In this document: positions 1 to 15,243 of the stretch, one piece after another
Position numbering within the stretch: position 1 is the stretch's first letter
How the letters are laid out: each line of letters starts with the position of its first letter
Source: Octopus sinensis
Lineage: Eukaryota
Length of the DNA stretch: 64,000 nucleotides
Direction: 5' to 3'
NCBI RefSeq assembly: GCF_006345805.1
Contig: NW_021834286.1
Location: 351 to 64,350 of the forward strand
Program-made: the position numbers and the translations under genes
The notes under the pieces: model-generated
The model's database searches: none
What the model saw: the letters and a program-made list of their open reading frames with translations, nothing else
What the model was told of the DNA's origin: nothing

Positions 1-106
1 TAGGCTTACAAAGAATAAGTCCTGGGGTCGATTTGCTCGAATAAAGGCGGTGCTCCAGCATGGCCGCAGTAAAATGACTGAAACAAGTAAAAGAGAGTAA
101 AAGAGG
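1..106 (+). mobile_element. SINE family 1, 3' end (cut by window edge)
   Basis: Matches the 3' end of the complete copy at 18773-19190 (taggcttacaa...ggcggtgctccagcatggccgcag...atgactgaaacaagtaaaagag). Confidence 0.8.
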
Positions 107-554
107 GACAATGCGAAAGATCTTTAAAATTTGACAAACACAGAATCGTGCTCATGGCAATCTCAAGGTATATATAAATCTAATCTCATATAAATGTAGA
201 GAAAATACCATGCTCTAACATGAAAGTAAACTAGGGCATATAAATTATAGTGTGACGGAAATTATGCAAGGTAATATCTAAATAAACATTTGTTTTCTCT
301 TGTACTTGCTTTAATCATAGGAATATGGGGTCTACTTGGAGAGATGGGCGATATAACTTATTTTTTATACATTTATATATTTTTATTTTAAATTTTGATT
401 AGTTTTGAAATCTCGTACTTATTCTATGCTAAAACGCATAGGACGAAAAGCAAGCTAACATCATGAGGACGAAGTCAACATCGAGTTTCAGATAATAAGG
501 GGCAGACAAAAACAAATATGTGCGCGTGCACACATACAGATGCAAACACGCATA

Positions 555-705
555 CACACTTCCACACAGCTACCGTCCCCTAAACTCATTTCCAAGGCAT
601 TGATTGGTCGGAGGCTATAGCAGAAGACTCTTGCCAAAGGTGCCATGTCGAGTGACTGAAGTTGAAACCAAACGGTTACAAAACAAACTTTTAACCATAC
701 GCGTA
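555..705 (-). mobile_element. SINE family 1, degraded 5' half
   Basis: Reverse complement resembles the head of the 18773 copy (tggttaaaag...ggcacctttggcaagagtcttctgctatagcctccgacc). Confidence 0.55.
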
Positions 706-783
706 CGCACACGAAAAACACATCTACTCGTGCACACACGAACACACAACGACACACAAACATACATGTGTGTGTGTGTGTGT

Positions 784-825
<42 letters not shown>

Positions 826-1575
826 TGTGTGTGTGTTACGAATCAGATACTAATATCTGAGAAACAGTAATGTGAGAAATAATAATGTGAGAATATACAT
901 GAATTTAAATTTGCAAAGCGATGAAAATATGAAGTTAGCGCTTTTCTCCGGAGAAACAATTCCAAGTTATTACGTTTAAATATGAGAGAAAAAAAAGGCA
1001 AGAGAATTAACTACATTTAAGTAATGAGCACTAGTATGAGAATATTAAAAGAAATAGAATATATTCGCATAAAAATGAGGAACTGACAGAATCTTTATTG
1101 TATTGATGAGATTGCTTGGCAGTATTTGCTCCGACGCTCTACGCTCAGAATCTAAATACGTCTTTGGTCATCTTAGTATTTCATCGTTTCGGTAGTTAAT
1201 AAAAGTGTAACGATCCAGGGCGATAATTTGACGGAATTGTTAGAAGATCTGGCGAAATGATTTACAGTATAAATCTCGTATCTTAGAGTTCTGGCACCAA
1301 CACTTATGACAGCACATGAAGAAAGCTGTATATGTCCATAGGAGCAGATATTAACTTGGCTATATGCAAATATTTTGGGATGGACACACACGCATATCTT
1401 CATACATGCACACATACGTATTGTTATATAGTTATATTTCGGGAGAGTCGTCTTTTTTAACAAATAAACAACAGTATATGGTTGTTCTTCACTTCAGCTT
1501 CATAGATGTTCTTATTTTAGTGTCCATTCTTTGAACTCTTTCGTCACAGATCATATGACCTCTTCAGCGACTCAC

Positions 1576-1620
1576 CATTCCAAATGTCTTCTACTGTCCT
1601 GTTTCGTTTATTCTGCCTTT
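1576..1620 (-). CDS. Candidate 45-nt micro-exon of an unidentified gene
   Basis: Minus strand: acceptor ttatatcaccctctcAG, donor aatg|GTGAGT. One open frame (phase 1-1) gives xRQNKRNRTVEDIWN. No homology recognised. Confidence 0.25.
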
Positions 1621-1690
1621 CTGAGAGGGTGATATAACAATATATGTTTCAAGACACGATATCATACACATCAGGAAACTTGCAAAACAA

Positions 1691-1721
<31 letters not shown>

Positions 1722-3115
1722 TGTATGTATGTATGTATGTATGTATGTATGTATGTATATGTCTGTCTGTTTGCTTGCGTGCGCATTTGTGCGTATTTGG
1801 TTTGCAAGCTTCTTGATGTGAATTCGTGTCATGAAAGAAATACTTTTGAACCTTGTATATATATGAAAATGTATATGTATATGTTTATATATATATACAT
1901 ACACACACACACATATATATATACATATGTATGTATGTATATATATGTGTGTGTATGTGTATGCTTGAGTGAGTGTGTGTGTGTGTGTGTACATATAAAG
2001 CCAAATCAAATATTAAAAGCTGAACATTATATCTCGATCACTAACAACAACAGGTAAGAAAACAACAAGGACGCATATATGGAATGTATTAGCTCGACAT
2101 TCAATAAAGGTGGAAATATATGCATATATAGATAAATATGTGTGTACATGTGTGTGTGTGTGAATGTGTGTGTAAATGTATTTGTATGCGTCCGTGCGTG
2201 TGTGACTTTACATGCGAGTCTGTGTTGGGCGTCAGCTGGTCAATAGTAACAACAGAAATGGAAAAACTATTTATACATATGGACATTAGCGTTTGTTATT
2301 CATTAATAATATCTCTTTAAAATAAACAATAAATTTAAATACTGTGTTAAGTTGAATATATGATGACCCCAAGCCCCCACACCATCACCACAATTATCAT
2401 CTAAAGTTATTCTGAATATTTAAAGATAAACACTTGCTAATTGTTCAGAGATATTTAATTAAGACACAGAATATATTCGAGCTTAAATTACTTGCTATTT
2501 GTGTGAAGTTCATATGAATGATTAAGCTACGTCTCCGTATAATCTGATGAAGCATAATTCTATAATGCATAGACAAGATTTACAACAAATGTGTAGCTTC
2601 TTTCGAAACAAAAACTTAAAGGATCAGCAGAGCACCCTAAACAAGAATAATACTCAAGGCCAAGTTACCTTCTTTGGCATTGATGATAGAACTGAGCAAT
2701 TTACATCCTACCGATCGTACTTTATATTTAAGGACGATGAAACGAAGTTTCGTTCGAGATCATGTAGAATTTTAAAACTCTATATATGTGATACGGTAAA
2801 ATACAAGATAATATTACATCTAAACATAAAAAAGTATCATTGCTATCGTAGTAGAATAACACCTACAAATAACTGTAAATGAATGTTTCAAATTCATTCC
2901 AATAAAACTAGCACTAAATTCCGATAATTTAATATATAATGTCGCCAAACGTCTAACATATATTAAATACACATAATTGTACAAAAATCTTAGCTGAACT
3001 CCCTGAAGCATCTCAGACGCAGAAATATAAACTATTCCACATAGAAAAAAAGTTGTATCATAATACAACATGAATTTATTTAGCCATATTATATTGTTAT
3101 CATTTATCATTTATT

Positions 3116-3158
3116 ATCATTTATTCCATAAGCATACATCGCTTATGGAATAAATGAT
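3116..3158. repeat. Perfect 18-bp inverted repeat with 7-nt spacer
   Basis: atcatttattccataagc-atacatc-gcttatggaataaatgat; the arms are exact reverse complements. Confidence 0.9.
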
Positions 3159-3918
3159 TTCGTAGGATTATATTTCTTATCTGATACCAAGTTTTCGTAT
3201 ATCGATGGAGGACTATATAGAGATGAGGGTTGAATTTATCTTTTTGGAAAAGGAATCCATAACAAACAGCAGATTTGAATAAATTTGGAGACTTCCAAAA
3301 TCCTCTCTTTCTCTTTTTAACGCTAGTCTGAAATTCTAAATGATATTCACAAGCGCTAAGAATATACGAAGTCAGGCTAAGAATATACGAAGTCATAAAT
3401 ATTTCGCGGAATCTAGTTGATATCTCAGGCAGTAAATAATGCAAGCAAATTGAGGATATTCTTTACAGAAGTGGGTTCAAAGCGAAAATTATCTTTACTG
3501 CGTATACCACAAAAATTGCACCCATAAGGATGCATAGAAACCTTTCCTCTGTGTAACCCATTATTGAATTTAGCTAGAACTGTATATATGTGTAAGTATA
3601 TAGATGTATAGTTATGTGTATATGAGAATGTCTGTATATGTGCGTGTCTGTGTGTGTGTGTGTGTGTTTCATACACATTGAATAATATACAGCGGTGTGT
3701 GACAAATTCATTATTTCAGAGGTCATCTTGTTCAAAGATTGGCTGAGGCTAAACAGGCATTGTGATGTTTAGTTTACAACGATGGCATTTAATCATGGCG
3801 TGTTGAGAATTATATATCTCTTTGCTCGTAGGTATGTGGTTGTTAACTAAGGTACAATATTTCGATTTTCCTATAAATATGAGACATTCTGTCTTCAAAG
3901 TGCTTTGCTTGCAATATA

Positions 3919-3966
<48 letters not shown>

Positions 3967-4425
3967 GAATACGACTGTGTGTCTGGATAGCAAGGTAATT
4001 TCCTTTTTTTTTATGAAGGTATGTGTATAACAAGAATTGTTGGCCTATATCCGACGCATATTCTGTTTATAATATCTTACTTATTTTTAATCGATAGAAG
4101 ATCAATATTGCAGTATTACTCTGTACTCCATGAAGTAAATTAATTGGACCATTAGCTAATCACGCTGTATCATATATATTCGTACGCAAATTACGTACGT
4201 AAATACATGAGATTTTTGCTCCGCATACACATGCATACATGCACGCACGCTGTTTTTGTATACACTCAGGTGTATACATGTATTTATATAGATATACATG
4301 CACATATACAGGTACATAAAAGTATGTAGGTTGATTCATATACAAAAATATATATGTATATGCATATATATATTCACATATACATATATATATATATATA
4401 TGTATATGTATATATATATATATCA

Positions 4426-4472
<47 letters not shown>

Positions 4473-4580
4473 AAGAAGCGTATCTATTTCCTTACATGGT
4501 ACATTTGGTGAACTTGTATATATATATACAATATATACTAAAAATGTGTCTATATATTGATAAGTTACTCTTGGTGAACT

Positions 4581-4628
<48 letters not shown>

Positions 4629-5176
4629 CATCTGCACATATGTACTTGTATGTATGCATATGTATATTATCTAATTAAATGGGGATATACACAAATATGT
4701 GTAAATGTATATGTGTTTGTATGCGTGTATAATACGATAGTGTATATATTTTTATACCTTATACTCTAGGCTGTATTGCGTGCGCTTATTTTTGTTGAAG
4801 ACTAACCGTACTCTATGGATACACACAAACAGATATTCAAACACACACACACAAGAAACAGAGATACATATGTATATTATTGTATATGTTTATGCAGATC
4901 TTTATGTGCGTATATATTCGACATTTACAATATTATGGTTCATTTTTAATCTACCTCCTATTATTCCTTACCACAGTGTTGGCGTATACATCCATATCTA
5001 TCTATCTATGTATCAACATATCTACACATACACACTCACGTAAACACATAGATATCACACACATAAATATATACAAATGTATATTTAGATATACACACAT
5101 ATACATATATGTATATATATATCTACATACACGCACATATATATGTATACATATATACGTACATATCTGCATATAA

Positions 5177-5215
<39 letters not shown>

Positions 5216-5485
5216 GTTTTCATACAAATTCGTATATTTGTATCAGTATACGTTTGTGTGTATGTATTTCTTCTTTCATTTTGCTTCATATTTTGTCGAT
5301 ATTGGATTCATTGTCAGCCAATATTCGTCGTATATTTAATAAATATTATTTATTTCTATAGACAATAAAGATAATATACTTAAAATATCTCCCTTTTGAA
5401 AATTACGATGTTATTGATATTGTCAAAATAGTGAATTAATGAAAGCTTTTAACAAAATCGTATAATGAATGTAAGGAATGCTTGT

Positions 5486-5538
<53 letters not shown>

Positions 5539-5648
5539 TATACATATATAATATATATATATATATATATACATCTATGTATGTATATGTATATAAGACA
5601 TATATATATGTATCATAATGTATATGTTTATACATAGGCATATTTTTA

Positions 5649-5693
<45 letters not shown>

Positions 5694-6183
5694 AGGTTAC
5701 CCTTAGTCATTCTGTTTTTCTATTTAGCCCCCTATCTTGCAATCTGTCTATCTATATTTATGTTATTTCTTTGTTCTTTTATAATATTGTATATAACACA
5801 CACACACACGCCTATATATATGTATGATGTACAGTATATGATATATATATTCATACACAAGGGTCTATAATGACATATACGTACACGCACTGACACGCAA
5901 GCACACCTTCCAAAGCATTTTAATGCATTCACACAGATATATGCGTAAATATTTATCTACATACATGCCAATCTGCCTACTTCAATTCTTTTTTGTATAC
6001 CTGCCTATATACGAGAATACAAATTAATCCATCGCGCCCTCTCTCCTTGTACATGTAATTACATACATATAAACATATAAATATATATGTATATACATGC
6101 ACATTATACCTCTGTGTGTGTATGTAAGTATATATATGAACTGGCAATTATATGGCCATTTACGTACGCATACGCATACACAC

Positions 6184-6247
<64 letters not shown>

Positions 6248-7059
6248 TATATATATGTACATACACACATACATCTGTGTGAGGGTGGGTTTGTCAGGAG
6301 TGTTTACTTTAATGGGGAAATGCATTTTTCTATATTTGTATATTTGATTTTGATTGCATGTCTGCCATATTTAAAATGATAATGAATCTGAAGTAAAACC
6401 TATGTTTCACTAATGAAGATAGAAAACAAACATATGCTTAATGACTACAAGATAAAGAAAAAAAAAAGAATCAAATCATTAGATTAAGAATAATTTGCGT
6501 ATCTAAATTTGCAATGAGAAAATACGTATACAGCAATGCAGATGTTATTTTAACTGCATTCATTCGTTAATATCCTTTGCCTTCATTGATGGTTTCCCAC
6601 TGCAATAATGCAAAGAATTATCTGATAAATGTCTTAAAGGATCACTAAGGTTCACTATTTACAACGATGTTGTATTCCCACGCTGTTGAACTTACTCTGA
6701 TAAGCCTCTGATCTTTTGAAAACATACTCATTATACTCTGGCTAGTTTGAGCAAATGTCTTCAAAATTCTCATGCTATAAAACTTTAATTATGGGATGGG
6801 ATGGAAAGGTTTATAAAGCTTCCATCTATTTTAGAATATACTTGCTTCTTTTCTTACTCAAATACATCAACATTTGACGATTTAGCCCGTATAACTAAAA
6901 TCATACTAGCATCTTCACACTCACTTTCTCTTACACATACAAATATATATCGACATGTAGGTGAGTATGCGTACCTATCCTATACACACACACACATACG
7001 TATGTATGTATATAATAGGCAACGGAAAATGCATTTGGTATTTTAAGGTTAATAAACTA

Positions 7060-7400
7060 TACACGTGTTTCAATATATCCAGTGCCAAGATTACGCAACA
7101 TTTTGTTGAAGTTAGAACATATCGCACCTCTTCAGTTTGTTTGACGAAAAAATTAAAAAGACCTTCTTTTACATCCAAGATTTTTCGTGTTAGTTTATGA
7201 GTTTTATATGTTTAGTTTGGAACAAAATCTTTCTTAGGCCATTTATGTTTCAAGAGCGGGTGAAGCATAATTTTTGTCAACCAAATTTTGCGCTAGAGAC
7301 GGTGGACAATTCGTGGATCTGGAGAAGCCCATCCATATTGCCCTGAACTTCAACGGATTACAGTATCACATACTTCTGAAAACAACTGCTTAGAAGTATA
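7060..7400 (+). mobile_element. Degraded Tc1/mariner-type transposase relic
   Basis: Frameshifted FQ.. followed by PYCPEL..DYSI near 7250-7370 resembles the third-catalytic-residue motif PxSPDLNPLDYSIW. Confidence 0.4.
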
Positions 7401-7554
7401 GTCATGCCTCAGTATTTTTATAATCCCGTGATAGTCATTAATCATTTTTTTTCCTATCAAGTAAAACCTACCGCAAGGAAATATATATTGCTTGTCACTT
7501 AGTCGAATACTTCCCGACAGCTATCTTATTCTATCTCTCTCGCATATCCCTCTG

Positions 7555-7557
7555 CTG

Positions 7558-7621
<64 letters not shown>

Positions 7622-7745
7622 TTCCCTCTCTCTCTCTCTCGGTTTTTTCTCTCTTTCTTTCGCAAACTCGTTCGCTCGGTATTTCGCTCTTTCACCTTCT
7701 CTTTATTTCAATATCTCTATCATCCTTATTTCTCTCTCTCTCTAA
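7555..7745. repeat. (CT)n microsatellite and pyrimidine-rich tract
   Basis: Seen directly in the sequence. Confidence 0.9.
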
Positions 7746-9859
7746 TCCTGATGAATTCTATCATCCTTAAAACATACTTTGCTAAATGCGAAATTGTATG
7801 TACCGAGGTTGAAGCTTTCTTCCAAGACCAGGTGTCATTGAAATGTCTTGCAGCATATATATATATGTACACACATACACGCACCCCCCACACACACGTG
7901 AATACTTGAATACGCAATACGCACACGCACTCACATATGTATATAGATAGATATACTTACAAAGAAAAGACTCTGGCATACGACGGTGATACTGTTACTA
8001 TCTTTCTTTTACAAATAGATTTGATATACTACTTCTATGTGAATGTGTGTCAATTATGAGGTGCATGCCATTAGAATTACGAAGAAATATGATACCTAGA
8101 AAAATTAAGGGCATTATCCTTGGTAATATTGTGTGTTTGTTGCAATATATAATTTTTTTATAGAGTTTAAGGAAATTACATTGGTTCTACACGATTTTTT
8201 AAGACAACTGTGCTTTATGTTTTCTTTTTTTTTCTTTTTCATTGTTTTCGTTTTTTTCGAAATGGTTATCATAAATGTCCTGCAACCCTCTCCAGATATG
8301 TATGGAAGTTGAGAAACACGGTGATAATATTTTAGTATTTAAAAAGTAATTTGGGATTTTAGTAAACCTTATAGGCACAGTTCAGGTCCCTTTCGTTACT
8401 GTCCCAGAAAAGCCTATCAGATTTTAACGAAGTGAACTTAGTCTACCAACTGTTCAAAGGTAAGTGGTGAAATTGTCTGCAAGTGCCACAGGGAAATAAA
8501 TCTAATTTAATTAATTTTAACAAGGCAATTCATCGTACGTTACAAACTCAGTTAAAAAAACAGAAGACATCTACCCGATGATCTTACGTATTTTACGTCA
8601 TCTGCTTGCTGTGTTTTTAGACTATTCGATATTTATTTTTCTGATTGCCCTCGATGGTTCAAGTCGTGCTTTCATATTAACTTTATATAGGTTTATGCTG
8701 TGTATCGGAGTATACATGATTTTTTTTTTATATCTTTCGCCGATTATCACCTGGCTAAAGTGAAACTTCCAACCAGAAAGACGCTGACTGAAAAAAGTGG
8801 TCTCTTGTTAAGAAATTAAATCAATGCTATTATTCTCAAGTTTCAATATATATCATCGGTCTGTTGTCACAATCGCTATAAACTATTTTGAACAGAGCTT
8901 ATCAAGGTTTCTACGGAATCAAACAGAACGAAAATTCAATACTCACCACTCAACAAATAATCCTTTACACCTCAGAGTTAGTAAACTTCGGGATGTTATA
9001 TCTATCTTTCTAAGCTCAAAGTTCAAATCACGCCAACTTAAATTAACCTTTCATTTTGTAGGGCCAAATTCTGAAATGTCAATACATGGTGGTGAAATGG
9101 CATTACTGCGTAAGGGTCGAGGAAGATGTCTAGCAGTATCGGTTCCAGCGTGTCTGTTTGAATTCAGACCGCAATGCCAGCTAATGTGTGGGCTCAAGTC
9201 GGTGTTACTTCCCTTTAATAAACATCATTGTCTACTATCAAGTTCTGTCGTAGTTGAGATATGGTGTCTTCTGTCCCTCAACGGAGATGACAGCTATGCC
9301 AGTGAAACGCAGTCTCCCAGAGGGCGTCGTATGGCAGACAGGCCAACAGATAGAAGCTAAGCTAATATAGGCCACCTCTTCCTAGAGATAAAAATGCATC
9401 TGAGTAAGGCTAACAGCCCCTACTTATGAAAAACATCTATAAAAATTCAAAACACAATCTGGGAGAAGGATGCCAAATTTCACGAAGACGTATCTTGCAG
9501 CACAGCAAAACCCGGAAAGATAAACGGATGAAGCTGGAAAGAAACAGGAAATAGAGTACAAAGTCAAAAACAGGAGATGAATATCCTCGATTGCATATGC
9601 TACATAGAGAGCAGAGTGATTATGTAAAGCGAGTAAACACCGGTAATATTAAAAATTGCAAACATGGGCAACCACCAGTCTTCTTCAGAACATCTTGGCT
9701 AAGCTTGGACACATACACACACACACACACAGACACACTACTTTTTTATCTCCCCTTCTTGCTAGCTCTCCTGTCTGACCACCTCTGTCCGGCATTCTCC
9801 ATGATTGATCGCTAGCCACTAAACCTTTAATTTCTCTCTCTATGCTTATTTCTGTGTTC

Positions 9860-9895
9860 CTTTCTGTTGAAGAGCGTAGGCTCGAAACGTTAGAG
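9860..9895 (+). ncRNA. Minimal type I hammerhead-like motif with variant core, in a PLE-like terminal repeat (~9720-9998)
   Basis: CTTT-CTGTTGA-A-GAGC-gtag-GCTC-GAAA-C-GT-T-AGAG. Stem I CTTT/AGAG, stem II GAGC/GCTC, palindromic AACGTT at stem III. Core is CUGUUGA instead of CUGANGA. Confidence 0.6.
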
Positions 9896-9995
9896 ACTTT
9901 CTTTCTCATTTCAAGAGCGTTAAACTAAAACACCAGGTTGTTGCTTACACACCCATCTTCGTCTTTTGTTTTGTTTGTTTTTTTTTTGTAAATTC

Positions 9996-10103
<108 letters not shown>

Positions 10104-10205
10104 GGAGTAAACACATAAATGTGAAACAAGGTGGTAAAAACAGTACTCAAATACCAGAGGTAGAGTAATATGCTTTATTTAAAAGCAGCAGAAATATAAC
10201 AAAAG

Positions 10206-10243
10206 CTGTTACTCAGAGTTTCACGTTCCCGTTTGTTGGACAA
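10206..10243 (-). ncRNA. Degenerate hammerhead-like motif in a short repeat (10102-10250)
   Basis: Minus: TTGT-CCAACAA-ACG-ggaa-CGT-GAAA-C-TCTGA-GT-A-ACAG. All three stems are present; the core is two CpG-to-CpA changes away from CCGACGA. Confidence 0.4.
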
Positions 10244-10770
10244 TTTTGTTAACATGACTACAGCAGTTACAAAAAATTCTATCTCATATTTACTTCACTT
10301 ACAACTAATCATACTGGATTAAGTCAACTTAAATCCTTATTAACATAATCTCATTAATTTCCCCCAGCTATTTTATTCTACCATCTATTACGTTGATATA
10401 TAACCTTTATACTTGCATTTAATTGTATTAGTCATTAGATTGCAGCCAAGCTGGGGCATCGTCTTGAAGAATTTCTAATCGAAGAACATTTTTATTAAAC
10501 TTGGTTTATTCTATAGGTCACTTTTTGGCCAAAGCACTAATTTACGGGGACGTAAACACACTAACACCTGTTGTCAAGCGGTGTTGGGAGACAAACACAG
10601 ACACAAAAACACACATGTATGTATACATGCATGTATGTATGTATGTATGTATGTATGTAAGTATGTGTGTACGTAGGGATGCATGCATAAATATATACGT
10701 AAATATATTTATGCATATATATATATATATACATATATATGCATAAATATATACGTAAATATATTTATGC

Positions 10771-10815
<45 letters not shown>

Positions 10816-10906
10816 ATATATAATATATATATATATTACATATATATATATACATATATATATCTATCTATATCTATTCATAAATATATTTACGTATATA
10901 TATAGT

Positions 10907-10940
<34 letters not shown>

Positions 10941-10984
10941 TGGTGACGCAAGCAGCAAAAATATAGAACTGAAGATATATTATT

Positions 10985-11374
10985 TTTTCCCTTGTTTCAG
11001 TCATCTAATTGCGGCCATGTTGGAGCCCCGTCATTAATCGAAGAAATCGAGCCCACGACATATTCGTCATAACCCTAGTACTTATACTATTGGTCTCCTC
11101 TGCCGAAACGCTAGATTACGAGAACGTAAACGGATCAGAATCGGTTTTGACGCGATTGTGTTGGGGACAAGCACAGGCACACAAATACATACATACATAT
11201 ATTTTATATATATATATACGACGGGATTCTTTCAGTTTCCATTTAGTAAATCCACTTCTATCGTTTTAATAGACCCGAGACTACAATAGAAGATACTTAG
11301 CTAAGTTTCCACGCAGTAGGATTGAATCTTCAATTATGTGTTGGGAAGCAAGCTACTTACCACACGTCCTTGTT

Positions 11375-11385
<11 letters not shown>
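10985..11385 (-). mobile_element. SINE family 1, near full length, diverged
   Basis: Reverse-complement match to both arms of the 18773 copy, with a central (AT)/(AC) tract. Confidence 0.7.
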
Positions 11386-11463
<78 letters not shown>

Positions 11464-12041
11464 ATATATATATATGTATGCAATAGATAGATAATAGATA
11501 GATAGATATATACATACATATATATATACATATATACAAACATACATACATACATACATACATACATACATACATACATAGACAGATATCATACATACAC
11601 AGAAATAACAATTCCCCACTCACACATACGAAAAGTTACACGGCAGTTTCCAAAACTTCACCACGAAACTACTTTAACTCCTAAAAATCTACCTTAACTT
11701 TTTGACACCTACTGTATTGTGTACACGCACAAACACATGCGTATACATATTACCTGCATATATCATATTCAAAATAAACTAATTGTGTAGAAAATGCATT
11801 CAATTCAGTGCTTTTTGAAAATGTGTTGTTGCACTTTTTCTCTTGATTCTACTCTGTTAAGGTCAACAGATACCTTTTGATTATAGGCATTGCACTATTT
11901 GTCGTTTGCGCTGCACTACCTAATGGCAATTGTATGCATAAGACGTACAGAATATGTGTCTAACGAGTTGTATTCTTTCCATCCGTATTTGTGCATATAT
12001 GCCTATATCCGCGCGAATGAACGATATACATATGTATGTAC

Positions 12042-12117
<76 letters not shown>

Positions 12118-12207
12118 AATATGTATGTATATGTATATATACACATATATAAATATATATGCATACATACATATATATACACATAAATACATACATATAT
12201 ATATATG

Positions 12208-12258
<51 letters not shown>

Positions 12259-12587
12259 GTTTGTGTGTTTGTGTGTGCGTGCGCATGTGTAGTTATGTGG
12301 ATGTATGTATGAATCTATTTACATATACATATATGTGGAGTGTGTTAGTGTACGCGGAATGAAACGGGATAATTGTGTGACATAATAATAATGGCATTTG
12401 GCCGGAGAATATATATTGTAGTGGGTCATTTTTGGAAATTGTTGCTAAGTGTGCGTTATTCATTTTCAGAATGTGAATTATTGAGCTTATGAATAAGAAT
12501 AGAAACTATTCCTACTGGTCAGAAATTTGCGATGACGAAGTTAAACCATGATTATCATTATTACCAATAACCTTATGGGGATCCATC

Positions 12588-12625
<38 letters not shown>

Positions 12626-12739
12626 AATCACCATTTCACCCCTCCCCGTTGTGCTGTCGTCATCACCAAAATTATCAATGTTATGAGGGAACCTGAAAAG
12701 AGAAAGTGAAAGTTGAATTTAGCCACTCAATGTGAAGTC

Positions 12740-13330
12740 AATAAAACGAATTTCACAACAAAAATGTCAATGATTGAGACGAATCATTCAAACACTGCAG
12801 AATGTGGAGCAATGGGGGAAAATATGTTATATGCTTGTGAAGTAAATGCTGTAGATATCACACTAAGTGTATAAATGCAGGGATCGCAAAGCATGTAAAT
12901 ATATGCAGCGGGATCAGAGCTAACTTAATAGATTCGAAGTGCCGTAAAGGTAGTGTAAACATGAGCCAGATGCTATGAAGAGTAATGCTAATAATTGGAG
13001 TTTATGAGATTTCTGCATAAAGAGTGGCTTCTGAAGTAAGGGGTTCATCTAAGATCTTGAAAGTGAAAAACCAAAACACACAGGGAGAACATTTGTGCTT
13101 CTATTTGGAATGATATTTCAGAGGATGTCAGGGAAGAAGTGAGAAATTTGAAATACCACGACTTATATAGAGACACGAAGTTATTCTGGAATTTAAGTTT
13201 GGTAATAGGACCTGCTGTTATTGGTCATATTTGCTACCTAAAAGGGAGAAATGTATTGGAATTAGGTCACGTATTTCAAACAGAGTGACATCATAAAAGC
13301 TCCAAGAAATCTTAAGATTTTTATGATTTA
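12740..13330 (+). mobile_element. Highly degraded RLE-type LINE 3' region (possible)
   Basis: CRM..A.GENM-like zinc-knuckle remnant near 12795 and ILW/NRP-like remnants near 13180-13215; many stops and frameshifts. Confidence 0.3.
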
Positions 13331-13388
13331 TAGTAACTTCTTGTCAAATGATCTGTCCAACGGTTAACAATAGCAACAGCAACAGTAA

Positions 13389-13511
<123 letters not shown>

Positions 13512-13523
13512 AAATAATAATAA

Positions 13524-14100
13524 GTTACGACAGATTGTTACCTACATACACTGGAAGCTATGACAACATTATAGAATAACAACAGAAAAAAGATGGTATA
13601 GGCACTCGCCAGAAAAGGTCATAGAATACGAGAAAGCAACCATACTCTGGGATATGCCAATACACACAGATAGAGAAATTAAGGCCAATAGGTCAGATAT
13701 AGTTGTCAGAGATCATGAAGAAAAAAGGGATTTCTAATTGATATATCAATACCAGCAGACGACTACGTTTCTCTAAAAAATGGAGAAACTTTTAAAATAC
13801 AAAGATCTTGAAATAGAGGTAACTCGAACGTGGAATCTAAAACCAAACAATTCCTATCATAATATGCGTGTTAGGTATGATAAAAAAATATTCAGACAAA
13901 TACATTACAAAAACACCAGGACATACAAATATGTATAACATATAGAAAATCGCACTACTGGGCACTGCACACATCCTACGCAAAACATTTTCAATACAGT
14001 TACCATAAGAGCATCACAGCAAACCACAGCACATACCCAAGGCACACAGAGCTGCGCTCGGTAGTGAAGTGAAAGTACGGTATAAAAATAAAACTACTGA
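13524..14100 (+). mobile_element. R4/Dong-like non-LTR retrotransposon 3' fragment, family A (RLE domain + 3' UTR)
   Basis: Frameshifted translation YIHWKL..EKATILWDMPIHTDREIKANRSDIVV..FLIDISIP..KYKDLEIE..KIALLGTAHILRK (PD..D-type restriction-like endonuclease). Ends aaaactactga+(TAA)n. Confidence 0.85.
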
Positions 14101-14103
14101 ATG

Positions 14104-14141
<38 letters not shown>

Positions 14142-14207
14142 TATAATAATAACAACAAAAACAACAGCAACAATAATAATAATAATAACAACAACTACAA
14201 CAAAAAC

Positions 14208-14253
<46 letters not shown>

Positions 14254-14283
14254 GGAGAAGAAGAAGAACAACAACAATAATTA

Positions 14284-14570
14284 TCCCTTGAGAACCAGCA
14301 GGCGATGGTTATTAGGTAGCATCTCTGAAGAACCATGTCTCAGAGAAATCCTAAAGATTGTGCCGAGAAGTACTACCCACATCCTGAGAAAAACCCTATT
14401 CATTGAAATGTCTGTGTCGTATTACATGAAGATATTCGGCTACTTTCCCTGCCACTTTCCCTCCTCCCCAATCTGTCAGGTATACGGTAATTTCTCTTAT
14501 CATTCACTCGCCCTAGGACGTTGGGTGTGTGTCGGCAAGTGACTGGAACAAACATGCAGAATTATAGAAA
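14284..14570 (+). mobile_element. R4/Dong-like 3' fragment, family B (short)
   Basis: EEPCLREILKIVPRSTTHILRKTL plus a 3' UTR homologous to 16600-16842. Confidence 0.7.
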
Positions 14571-14611
14571 ATAACAGTAACAACAACAACAATAACAATA
14601 GCAACAACAAC

Positions 14612-14657
<46 letters not shown>

Positions 14658-14668
14658 GTAATAATAAT

Positions 14669-14726
<58 letters not shown>

Positions 14727-15243
14727 TGGAAGTGTTATCATGTACATTGTTTTGTCTTGGTATAAAAGATGGGCTACAGCAAATATTCTGCTCAATACCA
14801 CAGATTTGCTTGTCAGTTGTTTGGCCTTAACCAGTTGAGCATGTCCCTTAGTGGCTGACGATATGTGCATCTCTGATCACGAGCAGAAGTAGTGGGGGAG
14901 CATCATGGCCATGTGTTGAGAGGGATTCTTTGGGGTTTGAATAATTCACCTCTGGAAACATAGGTGTTTCGTTCAACATCCTAAAGCAACCCTTATTCAG
15001 GGACCTTTTGAGCAGGATGGGCTACTCAACCTGAAGAAAATTCTAACTGGGCCCCACCTGCAAGGTCATGTGCTGTTTATCTTGATATGAGATCACCATG
15101 TCGCGCACATATGGTTGTGATGCATGTGCCTGGTGTACCTTTATCAGACGGGTAGTCATGATGGGTATATTGGGCTTCGTATATTTTACCCCAGTGTCAC
15201 TTTGATGGCATGAACTGCTCTCTCACTCAATAATAATAATAAT
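14727..15243 (+). mobile_element. (TAA)n-tailed repeat, family D (non-coding; probable LINE 3' UTR or non-autonomous partner)
   Basis: High-identity reverse complement of 47401-47890. Ends ctctctcactcaa(taa)n. No ORF. Confidence 0.75.

Noticed and set aside
2543-2580. CTGATGA-A-GCAT..ATGC hammerhead-like half
   Set aside because: No GAAA after the stem and no stem III or UH.
9293-9375. Possible HDV-like ribozyme in an RTE-like 5' region (GCTATGC/GTATGGC pairing, GCTAA motif)
   Set aside because: I could not place P3/L3 or P2 consistently, and the RTE assignment itself is weak.
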